A DNA stretch of 64,000 nt from Lama guanicoe (taxonomy: Eukaryota): positions 1,302,001-1,366,000 of the forward strand of contig MU053472.1 in assembly GCA_013239625.1 (NCBI GenBank), written 5' to 3'. The translations under genes were made by a program, and so were the position numbers. Positions 1 through 14,121 of this stretch are shown here, piece by piece (position 1 is the first letter of the stretch; every line of letters starts with the position of its first letter). The notes beneath the pieces are model-generated. The model had not been told where the DNA came from, did not search any database, and saw only the letters and a program-made list of their open reading frames with translations.

Positions 1-273
1 GAGAGGAGGAAAGAGCTCAGGAAAGTTGCTTTTGAACTCCTGGGTTCATCTCCTAACTGCACATGCATGGATCTGACCCTAAACAACAGCATGACAAATT
101 CAGGACAGATCAATGCCCAGGTTCCAGACTGACCACTGGATGGTGCACACGTAGGACAGATCCAAATAGCACTGCAACGGCTGTAAAAACTTCAATGACA
201 CAAACAAAAGAAGACTGGGTGGAATTTGCAGCCTGAACCCATCAATATTCACGATCTAATAAAAACAAATATA

Positions 274-561
274 CAGTAATCCCTCAGTATTCAGGGAGGA
301 TTGGTTACAGGACCCTGGCAGATACTAAAATCCGTGCATGCTCAAGTCCCTTGTATAAAATGAAGTAGTAGTTGCATATAACCTACGCAATTCTCTCCTA
401 CACTTTAAATCTCTATATTCCTTATAATACCTAATACAATGTGAATGCTAACTAAATAGTTGTAAATACTATATAAATAGTTGCCAGCCTGTGGAATTTT
501 TTTCCCAACTGTTTTTGACCTGCAGTTCAAAAGGGAACCTGGGGATACGGAGAACTAACTA
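274..561 (+). mobile_element. MER2-like Tigger MITE
   Basis: TA-flanked; cagt..ccctc.gtat terminus; core atgctcaagtcccttgtataaaatg. Confidence 0.8.
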
Positions 562-1974
562 TACCAACATCTCTGTAGGATTTAAAGAGACTCAGTATCT
601 CATAACATAATACTAGAAGTGTCTATACTATATTCCAAACTTACTCAGCATATAAAGAACCAGAAAGTCTCAATTTAATTAGAAAAATGCAATCAACAGG
701 CATCAACTATTACCTACAACTATTACATGAGACTTCTCAAAGACCCTGGAGCAACTATTATAAAAATGTCCAAAGAAATGAGATCAAACACTTTTGAATG
801 GAAAGATAGAAAGTCTCAGCATAGAAACTAAATGGAAATTTTAGAACTGAAAATCACAACAACCAGAAAAAAAAGAAAAATCACTTCCCTAGACTGGAAG
901 TCTAAATTGGAAATCTGGGAAAACAAGCTCCTCTTTTAAGAGTGACAACTTCTTGTGAAGACCAACTCTATTAGTCATTAATATCTCAGTGTTCATTATT
1001 TTAATCAGATGACTTTCTTCATAACTCTAGTATGACTAAGTGAAAGAGACATTGTATTTCAACTTTGTCACAACTTTAGTCACCTCTTTTTGACAAAGGG
1101 CCCATAGTTGGCACTCACTGACTACTGAATAAAGTTAATGAACAAAAATAAATAGTATCAAAATATAAGTCCTTAAGGGATGAAGAAAAAAATTAACTAA
1201 AATGTGACTACTAGGTACAAAGCAGACACACTGTTTTACAAGATGTGTTTAATATATCTTGAGACTCCATGTGCTATTTCTTTAAAGTGAGATGGGTAGG
1301 TAGCTCTGTAGAACTCAACTGTGTTCATTTATGTGTTTAATAAGTATTAAATTACAAACCAAGAAAATGTATAAGTGATTTAAAATCCAATGGCATTTCA
1401 TCTATGTTCTCTACATTAGTAAGTCTTCACAGAATGTTATTTATACAAAATTATGAGCTAAATAGATATTGTAAAAAATGAATTTTAAAAGGTAGAATTT
1501 CAGAAAAGGATCAAGAGTGGAAAACATCAAAATTAAATGACTTGAAAAAACAAAAATAAACTAAAAAAAGAAAAAAAAATTAAATGACTTGATGTTCAAA
1601 AAAGAGATGACAGTCCCTGGGTTCTAGACCTGAAGTTATATTTATAGAACCACCATATGAAATATATATTAAATCCTTTATATCAACATTAAATTTGATG
1701 AATGACTATTACTTTACATTTTAAAAACTATTTACTGCTGAAATACAGGAAACCTCAAATTCTTCCATGCCCTGAAATGGCTTGAGCCAATTAAGCCAAA
1801 CACAAATTCCCATATACATGTACATCACAGAATGTACAAACCTTTACTATACATTTCAGATCCACTAATATATTTAATCAGGATACGTGAACAATTGGAT
1901 ATTCTTTTCAAATATTCTGCTTTACAAATTAAAAAGTTTACTCCAGGATACCACTATTCAGGGAACTGAAAAAT

Positions 1975-2660
1975 CTAAGCCACAATGAGATACCACTTCA
2001 TACCCACTAGGATGTTAATAACAATGTTGGCAAGGATGTAGATGAACTGGAACTCTCATACACTGTTGGTGGTAATGTAAAATGGCACAGCCACTCCGGA
2101 GAACAGTCTGGCAGTTCCTCAAAAGGTTAAACACAGTTACCATAAGACCTGGAAATTTCATCCATGGTATATATCCAAGAGAAATGAAAATAAATGTCCA
2201 CACAAATACACATGAATACTCATAGCATCATTATTAGCCCCAAAGTGAAAATAACTCAAATATCTATCAACTGATTAATGAATAAACAAAACGTGATATA
2301 TTCATACAATGGAATATTATTCACCAATAAAAGGAATGAAGAAGTGATACATGCTGCAACATAGCATAATGTTTTCGAGATTCAACTAAGTCAAAGAAGC
2401 CAATCACAAAAGACTGTATATGTGGTTCCACTTATATGAAATGTCCAGAATAGGTAGATCTATAGAGATGGAAAGTAGACTAGTCTATTAGTTAGCTCAC
2501 AGCTGGCAGAGGACAGGGTGGAAAGAATAGGGTTTCTTTTAGGGGTGATAAAATTGATTGCAGTGATAGTTGCACAGCTCTGAACAACTAAAAGCCATTA
2601 ACTGCATACTTTAAATGGGTGAATGGAATAGTATGTATTATATCCTAATAACTGTTAAGG
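1975..2660 (+). mobile_element. L1 3' end (ORF2 C-terminus + 3'UTR)
   Basis: ccacaatgagataccacttcatacccactaggatg..., catacaatggaatattattc motifs. Confidence 0.85.
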
Positions 2661-3485
2661 AGAAAGCTGTTAGGAAAAAAAGAATACTACTATATTTCAT
2701 TTAAAGCAAAGAACTGGTATACGCAGCAAAGTCAGTTTAACACACTTTCCCAAAGACTGCTCCTTTTTATTCCTAATCTAAAGGTTTTCAAAATCAAATT
2801 AACTATCAGAAAGAGCGAAGATGGGAAAAACAGTTCAAAACAAATCTTAATGTGAGGTATTATATGCCAGTATAGCTTTCTGTATACATGTCAAAATACC
2901 TTCATTGCTTCTGTCATTTGAAAAAATTATTTTTCAAAGCTGGAATACTATTAAAGTTGCCACTCATACACAAAATAACTTTAAACTATTTTGCCTAGTA
3001 GCAATTTTTATGAATAATACCAACTTAAACTGATTTTAAAATTATAAACTATTTAAAAAACTAAACTCTAACCAGAATCTGTAAAAAATGAAAACATGTT
3101 TTCAGAGATGCTACTAACTTGATTTTAAATAGAGTTATCTCAGCTTCTTTCACACAAAGCAAGAAAAAAAATCACAGTCCTTAAGCCTGATTTCTCCTTC
3201 CTCTGAGGTCAACTGCTTTGTACAGATGGAATTTTATATCTAGTGTATTCCCATTGTTGTTATTAACGGTAATTTTACAACATGCAAATGATGTGATTAA
3301 AATTCACCCTCAATTCACCTCTTATATTTTATCTTGATGTCCCACATTACTCCAACAGCAAATAAAGAAAACTCACTAATTAAGTCTTGCATCAGTTTTT
3401 TTTTTTTATTCACAGATGGGACAAAGGTGGCCAAAAAGCATAAAAATTCATGGAATATTAGAGGATACAAAGAGAGCCTGATATA

Positions 3486-3546
3486 AATAGATAGAAAGAC
3501 AGACAGACAGACAGACATTATATATAATCTCTCTCTCTCTCTCTCA
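3486..3546. repeat. Compound microsatellite (GATA/GACA/TA/CT)
   Basis: Read directly from the sequence. Confidence 0.85.
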
Positions 3547-3704
3547 CAACTAAAATACTTAAGCTAAAAATACATTTAAAAGATCAGCATAAAAAATTAA
3601 CCACTGTCTCACAGAAAATTATATTAAAACGTTGTTGGAAGAGAGAGAATGATTTAGCCACAGGTATGAAAACTAAGCAAATGAAAAAATAAGGCAATAT
3701 TTTA

Positions 3705-3800
3705 TAATAACTATAAATGGAGTATAATCTCTAAAACTTGTGAATCACTATGTTGAACACCTGGAACTTATAAAATACTGTAAATCAACTATACTAAAAA
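3705..3800 (+). mobile_element. Short L1 3' terminal fragment
   Basis: gaatcactatgttgaacacctggaact...tgtaaatcaactatact + poly-A. Confidence 0.7.
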
Positions 3801-4628
3801 AAATAAGACAACCGTTATAATTCTAGGAAAAAAACAAAAAATTGAGTAAGAAAGAAAACTAAATCATAGTATATACCATGTTGCAGAGAATACTTACATA
3901 GCCATAATACTATAAGTAACAAATACTGATTTAACCAAAAACTGTGATATAATTGCATTGGGCAGATGTGGAGGGGAATGTTTAAGAATGCAAAATATCT
4001 TCTGTAATTGGAAAACAAAGGATAAAATCTAAAATTAAGGAAGAATTATCAGTAAAAAACAATACTTAGAAAATGGAGGTATATACAAAAAACTATTACT
4101 AGACAAGTGGTTGCCTCGAACTGGGATGAGATTGCGGTAGGTGGGGACAAAGATTCTTCTTTTTCACTCTCTCTTTCTGATTCTGCTTTAACTATGTACA
4201 CATATCACTATGATAAAAATAATAATTTTAACACTGTTTTTGCAAAACAAGTTACTAGTTGCTGCTGGGGAGGGTCTCTAGACTAATGGGGGTAAAAGGG
4301 AGAAGTCTTACTTTTCACTTAAAACTCTGCTCTAGTTTTAAATAATGTGCCATAAGTACACACTACCTATTTCTTTTAAATCAATTGATAAATAATAGTT
4401 CACAGGATTATAAAGCATGAAATACAGAGCAATTAAGAACAAAACAGCACTAATTCTATTTAAATATAACTAAAATATTTATTGCATACATTTTAAAAAG
4501 GCAATTTTATTAAGTACAATTTTCACCTTTATAAGAATAACTAGTCTCCACAACCTTGTCCAATCCATTTAAACATATTTCTGTTCCTACTTACCCTAGA
4601 TCATAATACAGCTTGTAATGATATAGTT

Positions 4629-4980
4629 TGTGGCAGAAACTGTTAGCTATCTACACAATATTCATTTTTCTCTTCTTCCTTAGTAAAAGAACCCCATTTT
4701 TTCCAAGATACGTATATACCCGTTCAAACTTACATACATTTTTTACATTTTCTGGAGGCTCTGGCAACTGGGGACAGCCAACGAGAAATAACTGAAAGTC
4801 AATGGGAAAAGACTCATCAAATGGGGCCTGGGTCCCTAATGACAAAGTGCAGCTGCCATTCAATTTCTAGAATACCTACCTTTGAGATTCTTTTACATGA
4901 AACAAAAACAAAACTAATACATTTAGTCACTGTGGGTTTTAGGTGGGAGAGAGTAGTGATGTGTTTCCCACTGATAAATA
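4629..4980. mobile_element. MLT1 (MaLR) LTR remnant
   Basis: tgtggcaga...ctcttcttccttagtaaaagaacccc motif. Confidence 0.55.
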
Positions 4981-6879
4981 GATCAATAATAAATCGAAGC
5001 CTGCATTTCAGACCATCTGCCGTTGCAACTTGACTTGGGATCCATATTTGACACCATGGTTTATTTTCTCACTCTGTTGGGACTTAATACTTATGGTAAG
5101 TCACATGGAATTCTTGGACCTCAGTATGAGATACTTTGTAAGATGCCTCTCTTTGAAATTCCCCTAGAAAATCATCAAAGAAAAGTTCATGCATAGCGTA
5201 GAGAATAGTCTTTAAGTCCTATATTCCCAAACAGCCTTACCAAGTTTCATGAAAATAAGTCTGGTTATTTTCACAGGATGTTCTAAGAGACAGAAATTAA
5301 TTTTGTTTATATAAATTGCTATCCTGTCAACATTACTGTTAAAAAATAAATTGTTGAATTTATTGTTAAAGGGAAAATATTAAATACTATTTTCAGAAAA
5401 AAACTAAAACATGTTAGTTGCTCCATATGCTTAGTATATTTCATTAATATCTGCCTTACAATTCATTTTTTTTTACATAAGAATTATCCTAGGCCTATGT
5501 CAGGTATATATATCCCACAGAAATGTTGACATTATATGCCTGTCATGAACCTATGCCATAAAATGTTTACATAAGTCAGAAAGTAAGTTACTAATATTCT
5601 TCTTAAATTTAGAGAATATAATACTCATTACTTCTCTCTCTTCCTCAAGTCCAAAAGCAAAAGAGCTTTGCCTAAACAAAATATCCAGAATATCTCTGTA
5701 CTTTCTTATTTATATCTGACAGACTGTCGGACCAATAAGCTAATCCCAGGACTGACTGGACAAGCCAGACTATTACCACTGTCTTAGGTGACTTTCTGTT
5801 GCCACCACACCAGATAGCAAGTCCTGAGATTCAGTCTGTACCCTCTTTTCTCATCTCTGAAGATACCTTGTCTACTTAAGTCTATTCAAAGACACAACTA
5901 CAAGAGAGATCAGAGCACAAACTACAGCGTCACTAGACAACAGTGAGGCAAATTATTGGTACACCCTCTCAATTAGCTTGTCATTGGCTTAACATAATTA
6001 AATAATTTCTTTGAAGTTCTGGGTTGCAACTTCCCTTCCACTCACTAGCTTCCTTTAGAGCAATTATTTGTCCTTTTCTTATAGCTGATCTACTCCCATC
6101 CCAAGGAAGAAACTAACTTCTCCTTAAACGCACTGATGCTTGAACAAAGAAGCCTGTTGAGGTTTCAGGTTCAACTACTAGGTTTCAAGTCAGAATTGTT
6201 CTCCTTGGAGTTAGCATCCCTGAGTTCTGCCTATAGAGATTGCCTGGCTAGCTTTTTCCTTTGCTGTTCCAACCTTAATTCATGATCCTAAGGTTGGATG
6301 CTTGGCCTCACACTGGTTTCCCTGTACCTATACATCTCTTGGAAGATAACTATCTTGGATGCTCAATCATTAATGATCTCATTCTGGAATCTCCTTGCTT
6401 TAATTTTTATTTCCTAAAAACTTAATTTAACCCACAAGTTTAAATCAGGAGAAAAAAAGGCAGAGTTCCAAATTTATCATTGAGAATTCCTTCCTTGCAT
6501 TGCCCCACAATTTCCCAGCCTAACCTGGCCCATCTCCTTCTCCCCTCCAATCCAGGCAGATTTCAAGGTCAAGAGTAGAGCATCACAATTTAACTGCACT
6601 TCAAACTCTTCTAATTATAGTCAATCTGGTCATATACCTAAATTCCTACAACAATTCTGATGAAAGAATTGGAGGTTCTTTTGCCTCAGAATGTAAGTGT
6701 CTAGGAAAAGATCATAAAGTAAGTAATAAAGTTAGAACTAAAATCCAAGTAACCTAACAAAGATTGAAAAGGAAATCATACATCTGTCAATAGTCTATTT
6801 TTATATTTTAGGCTCACATTTCCAAGCAGAATAAATATTCTTTCTGAAAAGCTCAAAAAGTACATCTAATTAAACATTT

Positions 6880-7260
6880 TACACAGTTTTTGAGGAATAA
6901 CTGAAGTATAATAAACCACACACATCTAAGTGTACAACTGATCCGTTTTATCATGTCATCCCATTGAAACCATCACCATAATCAAGAAAACAAGTAACAA
7001 ACATTTCTGTCTCCTCAAAGTTTCATGTCCTTGTGTAATTTATCCCTCCCTCTCCTTCCTCCTACACCAATACCAGTACTCAGTCTCTTGGTAAGCTTTC
7101 TTTCATAATAGATTTTGCATTTTCTAGAATTTTATACGAATAGGATCATAAACATGTGTTCTATTTTTACTTGGATTCTTTAATTTAGCATAATGATTTT
7201 GAGATTCACTCATGTTATTGCATATACTAACAGATCTTCCTTTTTACTGCTAAGTCACTG
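6880..7260 (-). mobile_element. Old L1 3'UTR fragment
   Basis: ttagcataatgattttgagattcactcatgttattgcat motif. Confidence 0.75.
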
Positions 7261-8675
7261 AATATAATTTTACAATCAGTAAAAAGAAATTCCTCCTTGT
7301 GAAAAACATCTTACTATATTTATAATGAACAGAATGATATTTGAAGAATGTTAAAGAAAGATTACCCAATGAAGAAATATATTTTATTAGTATCAAACTC
7401 TCAGGAAAAGTAAGAATAAATTAGAGACCTCAATTATCTAGCTTTAGCAGCTGAAAATACAGGACAAGATTTCTTTAAAACATATTCTCATGGATTAATT
7501 ATTAAATAACTATTGCTGGAAAAAGTTAGCTAATATGAGAGAAAATACAGTGATAAATTTTACTGTATGTATTATAACTCCTTTCTTATATACTATGATT
7601 TTGAGTTTACTTCAAAAACCTTTTATGCATTCACAAAAAAAAAATCATAGACATTTTACAACAAATACCTAGTTTAAATAATGGGAATAAACAAGACTCT
7701 TACTAAAGAAATACTATAAAAAAAAGATGGACTATACTAAGGACTACCTTTTTAGACACAATATATAAACATTTTTCAATAAGTAACTTGCCATTCTGTA
7801 CTAGTTTGCTTGAACATAACAGGATATATTGCTGTTTCTTTATACCATTTATTTCCTGAGAAAATATCCTTGGAAATTCCAAAACTGACTGAAATGTTTA
7901 ATTACAAAATTAATCCTAAAATCACAATTTTGATGACATAAAAATGACACTATACATACATATATGAAGCTATAATATATGAGGTTATATTATTTATATA
8001 TTATACATATTTGTATTCAAAACTACAACGAGGTACATAGATGATAATGTTACCTATTACACGGTTAACACTTTTTTAAGTCCATTGTTTTTCATAATAA
8101 CATATTTGGGACAACACAGATTCTCAGAAAGGTGCTTTAGGATGTTCATATAACTTAAATGAGAACTAGGGAGGAAAAAGGGCACCCTAAGGCTGTAAGT
8201 ATAAATGACTCTAAACACAAATTCTTTCCTCTTCGTGTTTTCAATCAGCTACTCATAAAAAATAAAGCATCAAGGAATTACATTTAGAAGTACATTAAGG
8301 AAGGATTCTCGTATTTATCACTTAATGACAAAAGAAGGAAAATATAGAAAGTCCAGGTGTATTGTACAACTCTTCTCCTTACATTTTAATCTAAATATTG
8401 AACATAATAACTCATACTAGTCAAAGATGATAGTCTTGAAAGATAATAACTACCATATACAAGGCAAACATAAAAACCACTCCATTTCTGCTATAAATAG
8501 AAATTTATTGGTGGGTACTGAATAAAACATAGCTATATTTATTCCATGGGCATAGGGAAAAGGGGAAGAGCATAAGAATTCAGATGCCTTCCTTCTATAT
8601 CCACCTAAGTTTTGAAAATGTTAGTTGCTTTCCCCACCTTTTAGAATTTTTTTTATATAAAATTTATAATTTCTA

Positions 8676-8818
8676 GGGAAGAGGGTATAGCTCAGTGGTA
8701 GACTGCGTGCTTAGCATGCACAAGGTCATGGGTTCAAGCCCCAGTACCCCCATCAAAAGTAAATAAGTAAACCTAATTACCCCCCCAAAAAGATCAAAAA
8801 AAAAAAAAAAAGAAGAAA
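8676..8818 (+). mobile_element. tRNA-derived SINE (camelid vic-1-like)
   Basis: A box (TAGCTCAGTGG) and B box (GGTTCAAGCCC), AATTACCCCCC tail motif, poly-A; TSD aaaattta[t/c]aatttcta 8659-8675 / 8819-8835. Confidence 0.9.
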
Positions 8819-11800
8819 AAAATTTACAATTTCTATAGACAAACTCAGCAAAATTTTATCAGCTAAATTTTGGCAGAGATTTTTAACACTCTCAGTTATA
8901 AATTAAATCAACCTGTTCTACCTTATAATACCAATTAAGGAATATGCTATTAGATAGAAGTATCTTATCAAGACTGACTTGAACAGGATACCAATTATTT
9001 TTATTATGTACTATACCAGTCATGTCAGTAGCTCACTTAATACATCAAGGATTGAAAGTAAGTGATTATACATAAGTTATTTTCTATAAGAGTATTTTTT
9101 AGTGCCAGTATAGGTGAATAACTTCTTTGACATCTGGCGTATCACTTAGAACATTCATAATTTATGTAATATATTTGATGTAATGTTTTATAAGGAGATC
9201 ACTAGTCCTATTATGCTTAATGACATGTCAGCTCTTCTACGATAAACTTTGTTTTCAACAGTTTATCAAACTGTTTAAAAATTGCTCTAGGATAAAACCT
9301 GGCAGTTAAGAACTATCAAGACAGTAATGTACATTTTTTAAATGTCCATATGTAATTTTGCAAGAAGAATGCTATATTCTGTCATTATCTTCATCTAACA
9401 GAGCCCTTGGAATCTTTTTCGTCCAGTCTTACAAAGAGAAATACTGAAAAACAATGAAATTTAAGAACTCGAACAAAAAGTCTTAAGATAAAGACTAGTG
9501 GATATTTTACAGATTCCAGTTACAGAGAAAGATTTTAAACCAGTATCCTGCTTCGTGTTCTCCTGTTAGCCATAATGCTAAGATTAGGATTTACTATAAC
9601 AAATGAAAACGTTAGTTGCTTTTCTCTGGTTGATATAAACACATTATTTTAGTGTATTACAACAGTCAATGATTAACAGTATCAACAGCTAACAATCAAT
9701 GACTAGCGTTGTCAAGAATGTTGTTACTCATGATGCTAGTAAATCCAACATAAAAGGATGTGAACAATAATACTGATCAACTAACAGCAAAACAAAACAA
9801 AAAAATCACAAATTATTATTCTATGGTCAGCTAGTCTCCCTAAACCTAGACTATCTAGTAAATGTATGTCCCTAGTCCCAAGGGGCATCTAAATGTAATA
9901 TGAATAACGTACCATACATTTACCACCACTAATGGAAAAATATCCTACTAATCAGCTGTTTGTTTTCACATGTTGATCACTGTCTGAAAACACTGCAGGT
10001 CCTATGATTGCTTTTGCTTAAAATGTGCATTTTCCTCTAATTTGGAAAAGGTTGTATGTTCAAAGATTGCAAAGTTAGCGAAGCTGATTTTAGGAACACA
10101 GATTCCTGGTCATTGTCCTGGTCATTCTTGCAATAGGATTTTGCAGGATATGCAATTACTTAAAAAACAAACAAACAAAAATTAATCAAAATACTAAGTT
10201 TATATTGGATGCCCAGAACTCTGAGGCACATTTTTAAAAAATCATAAAGCTTGCCCATCAAAAATGATAACTCTGTTGAGAGACAATATTTAAATAGACA
10301 CAATAAATAAGCCATCATCTAATAAAATATTGTGCTACATACGCAGTACAGAGACAGGCTTTAATGTCTGTTAAGGGTTTAGGAATTGGAGGAAAAGTGT
10401 GGGCTAAAATTGCCAGATGCAGATTTATGGAGGAAGGTGGAGTGGTATTTTCATATAAGACAGCCATTCAGAATTGAAATCAATCCTGGGATAGAGATTT
10501 AAGAGTTTCCAGTTGAAAGAAAGAGCTAATGAGTAGCCACTATAAATTCACCTGCCTACCATATTTTGTAAACGGTGAAAACCACTTTTAAGTGAATGTG
10601 AAAACAATAGGAAATGATTACAAATTAATACTACATGACAATGTTTTGTTAGTAGGTACCTTTGGGTGAATAGGGATTGGGGAATGGGTGACACACTAAA
10701 GAAAATATAAACACTGAATTATTAAGAGTTAGTGGCCTTGGTTCAGAAAAGTCCAATTTCAAATAGAACACATTTTTCCATTTACCTTGCTTGACCTTGT
10801 TTTCTTAATTCTCTCAAATTCCATTCATTTAATATTTTATTCAAATAATACATGATTATTATAAGCAAGATCAGGATTACATCAAAATATTAATTACACT
10901 CATCTATCCTAGAAATAATGAGTCTAATAAAACCAATGCTTTGATTCTAAAAATTGTAAACTGCCATGAGTTCTTAGTCCTCATCCAAAATAGTCTCTGT
11001 CTTGGAATTTATCACACCAAGTCTTCAGAGAAGGTAAAAAATGGGAGGTTAGTTCAATCCTAGATAAATCTCTCTTTTGCTTTAAAAATATATAGCTACT
11101 CTCTTCTAGAAAATCATTGAGAAATTTATGTTGCCTCCTTAATATGTTAAGGATTAAGGTTACTGTCTTTTTAGGTTTAGCATCCTTTTGCACTAAGATT
11201 CCAAAAACACCTTTTCTTGCTCTTGAAAGATATTGTTATTACTTCTACTGTAAATAAAAGCTCTGATTAACTAGAGAATAAAGTTTAAAGTTTCCATCCA
11301 CAATTGGCAGTTTATACTGGTTCTATGGCTCTTCTTAGAGAGGTATCGATGTTAAAATAATGCTACTGCCTCAGAAACATTAATTTCAGAATTTCATCAT
11401 GAGTAGCTGGCCCACTTCACCCAGATTTAAGGCCCAAGCTCTCTGTAGGATTTTAAGAAAGATCTCACAAGGCCACATACAGTAGAAAGATTACTTCCTT
11501 TGATTTGCAACTAATCACTTTGTTTACAAATCCCATCGTTTGACTTGATTTCCCTGCAACTAAAGAATATAGATCTCCCATTCTATGAGTCTACCTACAC
11601 ACTAAAATTAAATTCAAACTTCAAAACTATCTGCCCAGATCTATACTTCCATTTTATTTAAAATGCACCATTTCTCCTTCAGCAAATAACTCTGTACTCT
11701 GCAAGGATGAAATATGCTCATAAATTCTCTCCCTTTCCCAAATACATACAAAAGCTGATGAAATCTTTCTACTGACTTGCTTGTCTTGGAGGGATGCCTG

Positions 11801-12956
11801 AAATGTGCCATAAGCTCATTTTATTTGAATGCTGAAACTGTTTCAGAACTGAGCTTAATGGGGTTCACTCATCCTTTGAAATTATTGTATGAAAAACTAT
11901 AAAGATTTACTTTTGTAAGAAAACACCAGAGATTAAATAAAGACAGAAGGACTCAGTTACTTATAATACTTTAAAACTTACATAGTATGTTATATGTATT
12001 AATCAATATTTACTTGCTAATAATACTCCTTTCTCATTTATTTTATTTTTCCAGTAGAAATGTGTGTGTGTGTGTGTAGTCAGTTTACAATGTTGTGTCA
12101 ATTTCTGGTGTACAGCCTCCTTCTCACTTAAAATAAGCCTGCTCAATAAATAACAGGGCAAAAGAAGTTCACTATTATTACTAAAAGCATTTATAAATTT
12201 TCTATTTGTGTTTAATACTGTTCTAGAGTTTACATAAAAGTGTTAACTACAATGAAACTGAAATTTGAAACTATCATTGTGGATTTTACAATTTAAAATT
12301 AAGATCATTCTTGCAAAATAATTACTTTAATTATTCAAGCCAGTGATGACTCTTAACAGATAGTCCAAAGGACAGAGACTCCTGAAACAATTTTGAGTGA
12401 AATGAAATTTATGAAATAGTCACATAAAACTGATGCTGCAGGGAGTTCCACTTCCACCTTAGATGTAGAAAGCCTGAAAGAGTGTCGCACCTAACCTAAG
12501 AACAAGAAAAAGCAATTGAACTATCATATTACATTTCTCGATCCTATCAGAGAGCTGAGATAATAGGGCAACCTGTGTCTGACATTCCAAGAAAGACAGG
12601 TTCCTCGAAAACAACAGCAGGAAGACGCAGCTATTATGCACGTGAGTAAGAAAAAAAATCAGCTAAAATTTTAACAAAGTGCCACTAATCTATTTCCTGT
12701 CTCCATAGATTGGGTTATCATTGCCATTACATACAAATGGAACCAAAAAATATGTGGTCTTTTGTGTTTGGCTTCTTTGACTTGGAATGTTTTGAAGGTT
12801 TATCCATGCACATATCAGAAAACTTAATTCCTTTTTTATTAACGATATTCCATTGTATGGATGTACCATATTTTGTTCTGTTGATGGACATTTGACCTGT
12901 ACTCTGAAAATTACAAAACATCACTGAAAGAAGTCAAAAATCTAAATAAATGGAAA

Positions 12957-13215
12957 AAGGGGTGGGAAGGGATAAATTGGGAGTTGGAGATTTACAAGTA
13001 TTAACTACTATATACAAAATAAATAAAAAAAGAATTTCCGTATAGCATAGGAAACTATATTCAATATCCTATAGTAACCTATAATGAAAAAGAATGTGAA
13101 AACAAATATATGTATGACTGCAACACTATGCTGGACACTAGAAATGACACATTGTAACTGACTGTACTTCAGTTAGATAGATAGATAGAAAGAAGGAAAG
13201 AAACAAACAAACAAA
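12957..13215 (+). mobile_element. Younger L1 3' end nested in older L1
   Basis: ggggtgggaagggataaattgggag...cattgtaactgactgtacttc with a GATA/A-rich tail; same subfamily as 37150-37980. Confidence 0.82.
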
Positions 13216-13624
13216 GGCATTCTAATTTTGTGAATTGGAAGACTTAAATATTGTTAAAATGGCAATACTCCCCAAACAATCTACTAATTCAATATGATCC
13301 CTATCAAAACCTCAGCTGCCTCTCTTGCAGAAATTGAAAAGCTGATCCTAAAATTCATATGTAAATGCAAGGGACCCAGAATAGACACATAACTTGAAAA
13401 AGAAAGCTGGAGAAATGACACTTCATGATTTCAAAACTTACTACAAAACAAGAGTAATCAAAACAATGTGATTCTGACACAAGGACAGACACAGAAATCA
13501 ATAGAACAGAATTCAGAACCTAGAAATAAAACCTTATGCTTACGGTCAATCAATTGACTTTCAACAAGAGTGAGAAGACAATTCAATGGGAAAGAATAAT
13601 CTTTTCAACAAACAGGGATAGGAC

Positions 13625-14121
13625 TGCAGAGAACTAACCTAACTCCATGTTGAATCTGTTCCTTTAGCTCTAACCTTTGTGCTCTGCTGCCTGTGCTTAG
13701 TCATGCTGGCTCTGCACCTTTTGTAAAAGAATGCTGCCTGTAGCCCGAAATATACAGGACAGCCCATTCTCAAGACTCTGACCTTTAAAGGTATAACACT
13801 TTTCCACTCATATAGAGATAAAAAGACAGAATAACATTTGTCTTGTTGGAGGTTTATAGGAACATTGTGACCAGATTTATGTGGAAAGCTGCAAGAACAA
13901 AGGGTTCTGACACCAAGAAGTCTGTAACAACAAGCCACACCTCTTCCCCTTCTAGTACCGAAGAAGCCTGAATTCTAACTCAGGTTCTTTAGGACACCAG
14001 TCCACCATCTTCTTGGTCTCCTGGCTTTCCAAACCAAAGGCTCTATTCCTTGCCCCAACAACTCATCTCTCAATTTACTGGGTCTGTCATGCAGAGAGCA
14101 GTATGAGCTTGGACTCAGTAA
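13625..14121 (+). mobile_element. Solo ERV1-type LTR inserted in L1 ORF2
   Basis: Starts TG; U5-like end ...gagcagtatgagcttggactcagtaa; interrupts colinear L1 sequence. Confidence 0.78.

Noticed and set aside
8676..8750. tRNA gene (also at ~29700 and ~40105)
   Set aside because: These are SINE heads with tails and TSDs.
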